A stretch of 64,000 nt of DNA from Azolla caroliniana. Taxonomy: Eukaryota; Plantae; Polypodiophyta. Of this stretch, positions 27,001 to 37,965 are shown piece by piece. The position numbers and the translations under genes were made by a program. The notes under the pieces are model-generated. The model searched no databases. It was not told the origin of the DNA and was given only the letters and a program-made list of their open reading frames with translations. Position 1 is the first letter of the stretch, and every line of letters begins with the position of its first letter. Location: assembly GCA_043228905.1 (NCBI GenBank), contig JBHGNT010000005.1:16058001-16122000 (forward strand), written 5' to 3'.

Positions 27001-28627
27001 TCCTGCAGTCAAATTCACGAAGAAAGCTATTAGATTCATAAGCATACATGATAAAATGGAATTCAATTGTCTACCTGTGATGCAATAAAGACTTGGTTAT
27101 GCACTGGCACACCCTCACTTTCCGCAAGAAGACAAGCAAAACCCTTTATCCTAAACTCTATTGCATTGAACTGTCACAAAATCACCATCAATGAAAGTTA
27201 GATCAATTCAATACACTCCTGGAGGTAGGTATGCTTACTTAGGAGTATGCCATATGAATGTACGTTGACAATGTCATACCCTTTTCTCCGTTCGGTCAAA
27301 CATGTATCGACAACCCGGTCTAGGTCCACCACTCAATATCTGCAAGTCCAACCTTTCCACGGGCCGGAGTCTCCTTATAACATCATCCTCAGACACTGTA
27401 TCAAGGCGATCAGTTGAGAATGACTCGGGAAGCTCTTTGTTGAGAATAAACTGAACTTTGAGCTTGCTTGATCTTTGATTGAAGGGTGTCGCAGGGCTCT
27501 CATTCAGGAGTTTGAGCTTATTAGAAGACCTGGGCACCGAGGAAGGTGTTTTGGGAAGACGAAACCCTTCATCCATTTCCATTCTAGACCCATTGCTTCC
27601 ATTCCTGTTGTGATGTTTAGCTGGAGTGTATTGGTGTTCAAGGTTCTCAGTTTCTTGCAATAGCCTGAAAATCAAAAAGCATATAAAGAGTCAATGTACA
27701 TAATGAGCCAAATCATCAACTCAAAGAATCTATTGCACAAGAATATATCGTTATATACATGTCAACATCATCCTTTGAATAGACGTGGAAATCGGTATGC
27801 TTGCGCCGGAAGGCCTCCCGCTGCTCATTTTCAATAAATTGACGAAAATTGTCCAGGTGATTACGCATAACTTTTCCTCCTTCCAAACACCTGAGAATCA
27901 AAGAAGATATATTGATCTTTGAATGGATTTATGGTAACAAGATTTGAGCATTATATGACACTTTTCACACGTGTAGAAGAATTAATCTGGCTCTATTATT
28001 TTATTTCCATCCTTTGCTCTATGATGAGGCAGCATAACCATTTCCAGAGAGAAGAATGGTCGATGCAGCATTCATATTATCTCAGATTTTAAGGGAGTCC
28101 AATCGTTAAAAATAAGTTCCACCTTCCAGATAATGCAACTGTGTACGTAAAGCTAACCCAATGATATCACTGCCTACAACCTTTTTCCTTCTCGAAATAC
28201 CAATTAATAACGTTTCGTTATTAGAAAGACATGAATCTTGTGAAAAAGAATACAGCAAATAATGTATCCATAGATAGATTCTAAATCACCATGATCACAA
28301 ATGAATGCCCAAAGACAAAATCAACATGTGCTTTCATTCAAATGAGCAGACGAAAAGAGAATCAGTTGTTTACTTACAGATTGAGGTAGAAAAGCTCCCA
28401 TTTAGAAACAAAATCTGAGGGGCTAAGATCAAAGCTTGCACAAAGGGAGGCGCCTTCAAGAATAATAAAACCCCACAAAAAGAAAAGCCTTTCAGAAACC
28501 ATATAGAGAGGAAGAGCAGAACGGTAAGAACGAGAAGACGGGGGGGGAGCGTACATTGTTTAGCGACTTCCGGGTCGTCCAGAATGAATCCATTTGAGGA
28601 GAACTCTTTGATAAGGTCCTGCTCCAT
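24086..28627 (-). CDS. POLA2: DNA polymerase alpha subunit B, about 16 exons
   Basis: GT-AG exons, e.g. 28627-28555, 28453-28378, 27890-27759, 27664-~27280 and last exon 24295-24086; motifs FSLFPGQ, AAGPFTTSDNLEYEPL, MGPFVDSEHP, RDAHHDFIFPQPP, SFYPLFP, PDILITPSDL, CINPGRLAKG..GGTF. Confidence 0.95.
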
Positions 28628-28826
28628 AGCCAGCAAGCAGCACTCTACAGACAGACAGGACAGACAAAGAGACGAGAAGGAAAAGGAAACGATTTGCTGA
28701 GACAGACAGAATTGGCGGGAAAATGGGTTTAGTTCTTCTGTGTACACGCACACGCACACGCACTAACACTCTCTCTTATTTTGGGTAAATACATAATGGG
28801 CTTTCCTTACTAAAGACAAGAACAAC

Positions 28827-28827
28827 A

Positions 28828-28878
<51 letters not shown>
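28827..28878. repeat. (ATCT)n microsatellite ~200 bp upstream of the POLA2 ATG
   Basis: Run of tcta tetramers. Confidence 0.95.
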
Positions 28879-29092
28879 AGTGGGAATGAACATAGTGTTT
28901 TACTCCATAGTAAATTGCTTCACCTCCAGACCATTGTAGGCATCGGGGCAGTAAAGAAAATCGGTGCCTTATATATTTTATTTTATTTCAAAAAGATTTC
29001 CTTCGTTAGTATTAAGAAAAGTGCCAGAGGGCTACAAAAATGTAAAATCAGAGAGTATTTATTATAAAATCAGAGGGCTACAAAAGAAATGG

Positions 29093-29608
29093 TCAGGGCA
29101 AGGACCAGGGGTGTTGATATCTCCATAACAATCCTTTAGAAGAGGCTGTGAACAGAGGCAATTTCCTCCGTAATTGCAGTAATTTTTTCATTTTCTTCAG
29201 AACAACCTCCGAAGAGCCTGGCATATTGTCATATTGCCCCCGCACAACCGCCAATAAGCTCCCCCATAATTCTGGCAATATATCTGAGAGAAGAGGAATT
29301 ATGGACTCATATCGTCTTTTATAACGATACTTCCATAATATCCATAATGTAACCGTAGACACTGTTTTCCATACATGGGTTGCACGCATTTGCTTACGAG
29401 GTTGCTGAAAAGGGGAGCCTGTAAGTAGATGTTTGTTGATGACTATCATAGCCTCTGGAGCATCATTTGCTTCATACAACAAGAGACTGGAATGGAGAAC
29501 CCCACATACCGTTGATCCCCAAGAGAAGAGGCAACCTACATTAATTGTCAGGAATAAAGAGATAACTTTATTCCATACCTGTTCGTCTATTGAGCATGAC
29601 CAGAGAGT
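29093..29608 (-). mobile_element. 3' fragment of an L1-like LINE ORF2, bounded by a copia LTR
   Basis: WSCS..QVWNKV ... VWKTVSTVTLWILWKYRYKRRY resembles the plant L1 C-terminal zinc-finger-adjacent region. Confidence 0.6.
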
Positions 29609-31662
29609 TGTTGGCATAAAAGGCCGACTCCCACCACTTTGTATCCTAGTGTGAACTCGTCCACATAGTTCTAAGTTAGGGTTTAATATATAAGCAATAA
29701 CCTAACGTTGTAAATAACGATCTTCTTGACCATATATTGTATATCGAGTCTCTGAGAGAGTAAGACAGAGAACGTAATAGAGCTCCCATTAAAGCTTCAA
29801 TATGTGTATATCTTTGCTTCTCTTTCTGTGTTGTTTTCTAAGTATGAACCAAGACAGATCCTCATACATTTCCGCATACACTTACGCTTCAACTGGTATC
29901 AGAGCGATCTGCTACTCAGCAGCAACAGACAACAGAAAAGGCTGAAAGAAAAGACCAGGTTAGTAAATCTCACTTTCGAAAGAAACATGGCATTAACATT
30001 CGGTAGATGAGTTGAGATCTGAAAATTCGACGGCAAAAACTTTGCCCTATGGAAGGAGATGATGCAGGACGTACTAATTATTCAAAGACAGGTCAAGGCC
30101 ATTCAACACTCCGAAAAGCCTGCTTCAATGTCAGCCGATGAGTGGAGATCAATGGACGAAATCACACGCTCCACCATTCGAATGCACCTAGCTGAAAATG
30201 TCTACTTCAGCATGGCAAAAGAGATGACAACATTCTCACTATGGGAGAAACTACACACCGTGTACGAGAAAAAGTCCTCATCTTCAAAACTGATTTTGAA
30301 CAAACAATTGTTCAACATGAAGATGAGAGAGACCAATCCGACTACCTCCCACATCAACACCTTTAGCTAGGTGTTGTTAGGACTCTCCTCACAAGGGATC
30401 AACTTCGAAGAAGAAGTGAAAGCCCTTGCCCTCCTATCAAGCTTGTCGGCGAGTTGGGAGGTATTCTGTAGGACATACGCCAATAATCGACCGATCCTAA
30501 ATTTGGATGAGACAATCGGCCAAGTCCTCACCGAGGACATTCGGTGAAAATCGATTGGACTTACCATTGATGAATCGACAGAAGCCCATCACTCAACCGA
30601 GTCATTCAACCGACAGAGTCGTACGAGAGAACAAGTCGACAAAACTGATAAAAAATAAGGGGAGACCAATAACAGTCGAAGTCAAGAACGAGCCGATCAG
30701 GCGAAATTTGCACACATTGTAGAAAAGGTGGCCACAATGTTTCCGACTGTTGGTCAATCAAGAGGAAAGAGAGTGGTTGGCGATCCGAGCGGAATCGAGG
30801 ATGACCCGACTCGAACCACTCTCTAGTCAGCAACCAAATCAACATTGCCGACTCTCGATTAGGAGAAGTTCTCTCTTTAGAGGATTCAGTGATCGGAGAA
30901 GTCCTCTACAATGCACAGGATGCACACACGTGACTACTGGATTCCGGTGCCACATTCCATGTGACCCCCAACATTGAATGGTTTTCGGACTATTCAGCCG
31001 ACGCCAACGACACAGTCCGTCTAGGCAACATGCAAGAGTGCAAAATTGCAGGGGCTGGAGAGGTTCCCATTTGATTGCCAAATGGCAACACAATAACCCT
31101 GCACCGAGTTCGGCATGTACCAGATCTAAAAAGGAGTCTGGTCTCCGTCGGCATGCTAGCCGAAGACGGGTACAAAATGACTCAAAGTGAGTCGGTATGG
31201 ATGATCAACCGAGGAAACCTGAAAATAGGAGGTGGGCACAAGTACAACAACCTATACCCATTAATAGCGATCAATCTAGAAGGGGCCGTGAACTTAGCCA
31301 AAAAGACTGACCCAAACTTATGGCATGGCCAACTCAGTCACATGTCTCAAACCGGACTTGATCGATTGATGGCAGTAGGCTACATCCCAAAACTCCAAGC
31401 GAAGATGGACTTCTGCGAGCATTGTCAATACGGGAAATAGACCCAAATTCCGCACACTCTCCACTACGAGACGGTACGACAACCCCTAGAGCTTGTGCAC
31501 ACAAATATATGTGGGCCCATGCCAAAGCAATCACTAGGAGGCTCTCGATACTTCATCACCTTTGTAGATGACTATACACAGAAGGTTTGGGCCTACTTGA
31601 TTAGGTCCAAAGACGAAGCTCTTGAGGTCTTCACTTGGTGGATATCTGAAGTGGAGAACCGG
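29609..31662 (+). mobile_element. Ty1/copia 5' part (LTR 29609-29891, PBS, gag, protease, pre-integrase, integrase start), decayed
   Basis: tRNA-iMet PBS tggtatcagagc 29894-29905; KFDGKNFALWK; LDSGATFH; SLVSVGML; LWHGQLSHMS; SRYFITFVDDY; interrupted at 31663. Confidence 0.88.
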
Positions 31663-33075
31663 TGTCATGAAGATCCGTCACTACGTGCGGATCGTGAGGC
31701 GGAACCACTAAGGTCCTGGACCGGAAGGATTCAAAGTTTGCACTAACTTTAGCGAGAAAGTATTTAAGATAGATTGAGAGAGATTGATATGACGAAAGAG
31801 AGATATTGAGGTAACGATTGAACTTTTAACTTTTAGATTTAAGAGAGAAGATACATCAACAATAGGATTACAAGTTTCTTATTTTTCCCAAATTTTTCAT
31901 TAGTTTCTTCTTGCTTGATTCCTCCACTCTTTTATAGATGCCCCCATGCATATGGTGCATGTGAGGGTGCAAGACATGCACGTAATGCATGCAATGCATG
32001 TTTGCCATGTCATCATCTAAGCTCTCACGTATGAGAATTTACATATAAAGTGATCAAAGTAACACTTTTGAAGATATGACTTGGCTTAGTGGTAAGTGTA
32101 TTGACTTTTAACTTGGAGGTGCAAGGTTCAAGCCTTGCGCACATCCCTTTTAAAACACAAAATTCTACTAGGCTTTTGGTCTTATATTTACACTAAAAAT
32201 CTTCAAAACACCATGCACTGCGATCAATCGACCGATCCGTTTGTCTCGACCGGTTCAATCTGATCCCGATCCGATCGTCCGTCGCCATCCGGTCCCGGTC
32301 CCGGTCTCGGTCACCGTCTCACCAGCTCCATCCAGTCGGCTAAAAACTTTAAAAGTAGTTAGGCCACACCCATTAATCTAGTTAGTTTAGCTCAAGTTAT
32401 CTTGAACATTCTATGATCCACTCATAAACACAAAGTAATAGATTTTGGCCCTGGTTATATAATATGGGATCCTTATTTGTCCTGTCTATGTGGGATATCT
32501 CATAGTTTTGTTTTTTCTCTTTCTTCTTCACAAACTTCATTGCCACTTAGTTGTGCATTTCTTATGTGGTAAAGTGTATGCGAAAGTTCTTGAAGACCTC
32601 CATCTTTTTGTACCAAGATATTAAACTAGTATAGAATAGTATCTTCACTATTATTGTTTTATGTTGTGTGTGAAGAACCACACTCAATTTTGTACATTCC
32701 ATTTATTTTCACACCGTTGGCGAAAATCTTTACGACATCCACCCCCACCAAACCGCACGTCCTCCGGTACGTGCCAAGAAGAGAGAGTGTGAGATTTCGG
32801 CTATGGTGATCAATCAGATTCCTCCACTTCCTCGTGTACATAACTCAAGTTTGTAGGTTCCGTCCTACTATCTTCATCGTCGAGGTGATCAAGGTCAGGA
32901 TCCTCATCTTGTCTTCTCTTGAAAATCTTTACTCTTTTTCCCGCAATGGGTATGGCCAACCTTGATCCATCTAGCTCCGCAAGGTGGTATGTGGCATTGT
33001 CGTTGGCACTTATCACTACATACGGTCTGAACCATCTTCTTGAAAACTTTCTTGTTGTACTGATGATGTGGCATT
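31663..33075 (-). mobile_element. 3' end of a gypsy element: AT-rich 3' LTR (31663-32737), PPT and integrase C-terminus
   Basis: TGTCATG...TACGACA termini; PPT ggtgggggtgga; WFRPYVVISANDNATYHLAELDGSRLAIPIAGKRVKIFK (GPY/F-type integrase tail). Confidence 0.8.
32073..32152 (+). other. tRNA-like cassette (A box, B box, T-run) inside an LTR
   Basis: TGGCTTAGTGGTAA at 32082, GGTTCAAGCC at 32125, partial acceptor-like pairing GATATGA/GCACATC, then TTTTT. Confidence 0.6.
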
Positions 33076-34445
33076 TTATTAGGATCCACCGCTATCCCCT
33101 CCTTGCTGATGATGTGGTCGAGGAGGGCTCCGCTTGTGACGCTGAATGTGCATTTGGTTGGATTTAGGCTTAAGCGTGCAGCCTGGCAGCGCTCTAGACA
33201 CAGTCGTAAATGATTCAGATGGTCGGCTGTTGTCCCATACACCGCGAAATCATCCAGAAAGACTTGCATGAAGGCAGGTATGTAATCCCCAAAAATTTCC
33301 ATAATTGTCCATTGGAATGTTGGAGGCGTCATCTTTAACCCAAACATCATGACTACCGCGACATAAACTCCCCAGTCGGTGACAAACATCGTCTTCTCTT
33401 GGTCGTCAAGATGCATGCGTACTTGATTGTATCCACTAAAGTTGTCTAGAAAACTGTACATGTCATGCCCTGCAACTACGTCCAATATGTTGTCGGTGAA
33501 AGGTAAGGGAAACGCATCTGGAATAGTTACGGCGTTCAACTTCCGATAGTCTACGCAAACGCAGATTTTTCCATTTTTCTTCGGAACTACGACTATCGGG
33601 CTCAGCCACGTAGCTTGCTTGACTGGTCGAATGAATCCAGCTTTGAGAAGTTTGTCAATTTCTTCTTTTACGCGAGTCGCATAGTTTGGATTCATTCGGT
33701 ATCGACGCTATTGAACAGGTTTCACGTTGGTAGCTAAATTTATCTTATGCTGGTAGAATTTTGGATCTAATACCTTCATGTCTTCGTGGGACCACACAAA
33801 CACATCTTTATATTCCTTGAGCAGAGCTAACATCACCTCTTTCTGATCCGGTGGTAAGTCTTTCACGATGGAGAGTAATCAGGGATCCGTTGTCGTTCCT
33901 ACGTTAACTTCTTCCAATGTTGAGGCAGTGACTCATCGTGAAATTTCCATTTCTTTCTTGAAAGTGGCCCGTGCTCGGTTTAATTCCAGTATCGACTCTA
34001 GGTCCGGTTCATAAGCCTCTTCGTGAAGTGTAGTGGGAATAGCGTACTCCGTCGCGGTTTCTATTACGTCAATTTTGAATAGCGGGATGATTTGCGGGTG
34101 CTCATCCAAGTACGCTTCCAACTTTGTATCATCTACTCCTTCCAGCATATTTATGTCCTCCGTGTACAATGGTGTCATTCCTTTGGGTTGCGCTGTCATT
34201 TCTTCTGTGGGTACGCGAACTTTGTTGCGTCCTCGTGAGAAACTGATACAATTATGTTACCAGCTCTGTTTGATGTCCGCGGAACGAAGCCAAGGTCTAT
34301 CCAGTAGTATTGGGTACGCTCCCGGAGCGTCGAGTGCGAGTACTACCGCTGAGATGTCAAAGTGGTGACCGCCAATGACGATGCATAGTTTCCGGATTAA
34401 CCCTAAGGGCCTGACAATTTAGGTATCCGCCATGCGAAGCCAAAA
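33076..34445 (-). mobile_element. Protease-RT fragment of the same Athila-like family as 10082-22007
   Basis: MNPNYATRVKEEIDKLL...DAFPLPF...VFLDDFAVYG closely matches the 13270-13885 region. Confidence 0.9.
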
Positions 34446-34629
34446 GGAATATAAAGATGTGTTCACGTGGGCTCACGAAGTTAGCTTTATATTCCTTGAG
34501 CAGAGCTAACATCCCTTTTGACAAATATGGGTAGATCACGTAGTGTCAAAAGGGATGTTAGCTCTACTCAAGGATGCATAGTTGGCCACCATAGGACGGC
34601 TTGCCAGACTGTACGAGCTGTAAACCTCT

Positions 34630-37212
34630 CCCGATTTGTTTGAAGAAGTATGCACACATTGTCGGTAACATACGTCGATCTACCCACCAGAAGAACCTTG
34701 TTTTGCAGTTCCGATACAACGAGTACATGGCACATCACTATGTGTACATGACGCGTGTAGCGGAAGTGCGTGAGTCGGAGAGCTACACATAAGCAACAAA
34801 GGACGCAAATTGGCATGCCGCAATGGAGGAAGAGATGCGCGCATTGGCAGAGAATGAAACCTGGGACCTAGTTGACACACCGAAGGGTGTGAACCGGATC
34901 GGATGTAGGTGGGTGTACAAGATCAAGTACAACACCGACGACTCAGTCAACCGATACAAGGCCTGGTTAGTAGCGAAAGGCTACGCGCAGAAGCACGGCG
35001 TGGACTACGACGAGACCTTCGCTCCTGTCGTGAAGATGACTACTGTGCATGTTCTGCTAGCTGTAGTAGCGGTGAAGGGGTGGCATTTACATCAGATGGA
35101 TGTCAAGAATGTGTTCCTACAAGGTGAGCTTGAGGAACATGTGTGCATGGTACAACCCCCCGGATTTCACTTCGGAATGAACACCTCGGCGGTCTGCTGG
35201 TTGAAGAAGTCCCTTTACGGACTAAAGCAAGCCCCGCGTGCTTGGAACGCGAGAATCACGCAACGATTACGTCAGATGGGATTTGCGACGTCCAAATCAG
35301 ACTCTTCACTGTTCATTCGGCAAGGTCGACTCGGGCCAGTTAGTATTTTACTTTATGTTGATGACTTGGTCATCACCGGTGCCGACCTAGGTGAAATTGA
35401 CCGCGTAAAGATCCAACTTGTGGCATCATTTGACATGAAGGACCTGGGGGACCTTCATTACTTCCTCGGGATCGAAGTGATCCCTACCCTCGAAGGCATA
35501 CTGATCAACCAACAACATTACGTGTTGGGTATGCTCTTCAAGTTCGGGATGGCAGATTGTAAGTCTGTCTCGACTCCTCTAGATAGAACCGTCAAGCTTT
35601 TCCATGACTCCGGAAAGGTTTGCAACCCAAAGAGGTTCCGACAGATTGTCGGAAGCCTCATCTACTTGACTATCACTTGACCAAACCTTAGTTACCCGGT
35701 CGGTGTGATTAGTCAGTTCATGGTGCGGCCAACCGAGGAGCACCTTCAGTGCGCACAATGTGTACTCCCGTATGTTAGTGGCACTAAGGATCAGAGGCTA
35801 CTATATCGGACCGATATTGCTGCGCAATTAGTCGGTTACACCGATGCTGATTGGGTTGGAAACGCCGACAATCCTCGATCCACATCTGGATTCACGTTCT
35901 CTCTTGGGAGCGTTGTGATCACGTGGAGTAGCAAGAAGCAGCGGATAGTTGCATTGTCGAGCACCGAAGACGAGTATAGAGGAGTGGCTATCGCAACATG
36001 CGAAGCCATCTGGCTAAGACGGCTACTTAAGGATCTGTAGGTGGAGGTGTCCGATCCGACAACGATCTACTGCGACAACCTTAGCAGCATCCAGTTAGCG
36101 AAGAACCCTGTCTTCCATGCCCAGACTAAGCACATTGAGGTACACTACCACTTTGTCAGCGAGCGTGTCCTCTCCGGTGAAGTTGAACTTCAGTATGTTC
36201 TGATGGATCGGTAGACCGCCAACATTTTCACCAAGCCCCTTGGTCTCAACAAGTTGTGGCAATTCTCGAGTGCGCTTGGGTTGCAACACCTCGATGTGCC
36301 GAACTTGAGGGGGAGAGAAGTCCCGAAAGACCACGAAAGGGAGCAGGAAAGGAGCGGAAGAGACCGTGACGCCGAGTCGGATGACGAATTCGATTTCGGG
36401 TCGGCTGAAGAAGCCGAGGGCGGATCCGCGAAAGAGTTTGAAAGTGGACGTGAGGGCAGCAATCGAAAGAAAGAGCTGAAGCCAGCCAAGCGTGGGGGAG
36501 ATGAAGCCAACTCGGATGAGAGCAAAAACCAATTGGAGGAAGCCGATTCCGTTCAGATGTTTGATTCGGAGACTCTGAATGAACCGAGGGCCAAGCGGAA
36601 GAAAGGGCAGCCAAAGAGGCACCAACACTGCGACAACAAGGGAGTTGAGAAGGGCCGCAACAGCACACACGCCGACCGGAAGGGTCGAGGCGCGCGGAAT
36701 CGAACAGGTCGAGGAGTGCGAGTGAGCCATGACGCTAGAAGAAACCAGAGCGGTGATCCGGAAGAACCAGAAGAACCTCAAGTTGAGTTTGAGGGGGAGT
36801 GTTGAGATACAAACTCAACATTGGCCGGATTGGTTGTGCAAGCTGAGAACCCGATCGGTTGGGACCGATCGGTTAGGCCGGACCGGTACGTAAACTGATG
36901 CGCAACAAGAAGCCGTAGCAGTGAGTAAACCGCGAGGCCGTTGGAAAGATATTCTGCATAGGAATATATATTTTGGGAGTTAGTGTAGAGCTCATTTATG
37001 AGCATTGAAGTACGTGTCAATACTTCTGTTAGTTTGTATGGACTTGTATAAAAGTGCTCACTGAGCACATTTCATGTACAGACTGAGTATTATTTTTTGA
37101 ATAGAGTTGCGTGTATTGACTCTCTCTCTCTATCTCCCGCATATTGTGTGTGTCTAAACTCTCCATTAAACCTGTGATTTCCTACGTTCTGATTTCTGTT
37201 GCTTCCACACAT
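34630..37212 (+). mobile_element. Ty1/copia B (family of copia A): RT, RNase H, C-terminal extension, PPT, 3' LTR from 36800
   Basis: ORFs 34823-35680 and 35705-36040 with YDETFAPV, LKKSLYGLKQAPRAW, LLYVDD, YTDADW; gagggggag PPT then tgttga. Confidence 0.9.
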
Positions 37213-37573
37213 TGTTCTTTTCACAAGAAGTATATGACAAAGGTGCCGCAAAGGTTCAACGTGTCAGATGCGAAGCCAGTCGGATCGACACTTCTGGCAA
37301 ATTGCAAGTTGTCCGAAAAACAAAGCCTGAAGACAAAAGCAGAGAAATCGGAAATGATGAAGACGCCTTATGCCTCTACAATTGGAAGTACCAAAAGGCA
37401 TAACTGTGTACTCGAAATGTCTATATCGAGTACGGAATGCTATCTTCCATTCATCTCTTGGACATATCCAAACAAGGTTATATGCACCTCGAAGATCTAG
37501 CTTCGTGAAAACTTTCGCTTCACTAAGACACTCCACTGTTATGCATCGTAGATCATCTTTATAGTTGTTGTTG

Positions 37574-37627
<54 letters not shown>

Positions 37628-37965
37628 TTTTCTATTGTAACCACCGGTTGGCGAAGGTAGAGCTCGAGGTCGTTGCCTCTGAGTCTCACATTTTTGTACC
37701 TCTCCTCTATAGTGATCTTGTTCGGACTTCTGAGAACTCCCGTGGTTTTTCCCGATTAGGTTTTTTCACGTTAATATTTTGTGTCGTCTTATTTCCGTTT
37801 TTTGTTTCTTCCATCGTGTGATTGAGACTCGGTTGTGGCTGAGCACTCCTATTCCGCACATGACGAACCATGAAGAATAGTTCTCCACTTTTTAGAAGCC
37901 AGAGCAGCCAGGGTTCTTCGAGACCAGTGAAGACACCTCTCACCCCATCAAGAACATTGGTGACG
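37213..37965. mobile_element. Mosaic of short TE fragments: copia RT (+, 37213-37390), gypsy RT (-, 37390-37530), (GA)n and a copia LTR piece
   Basis: [15 protein letters not shown] resembles the 49303 copia; [12 protein letters not shown]...EYTVMPFG resembles the 52701 Pol; 37640-37800 resembles the reverse complement of the 59714 LTR. Confidence 0.7.

Noticed and set aside
32073-32152. Functional tRNA-Lys gene
   Set aside because: Anticodon and D stems pair poorly; reported only as a tRNA-like cassette
32904-33695. Novel 263-aa RT fusion protein
   Set aside because: Chance read-through across a junction between two different gypsy families
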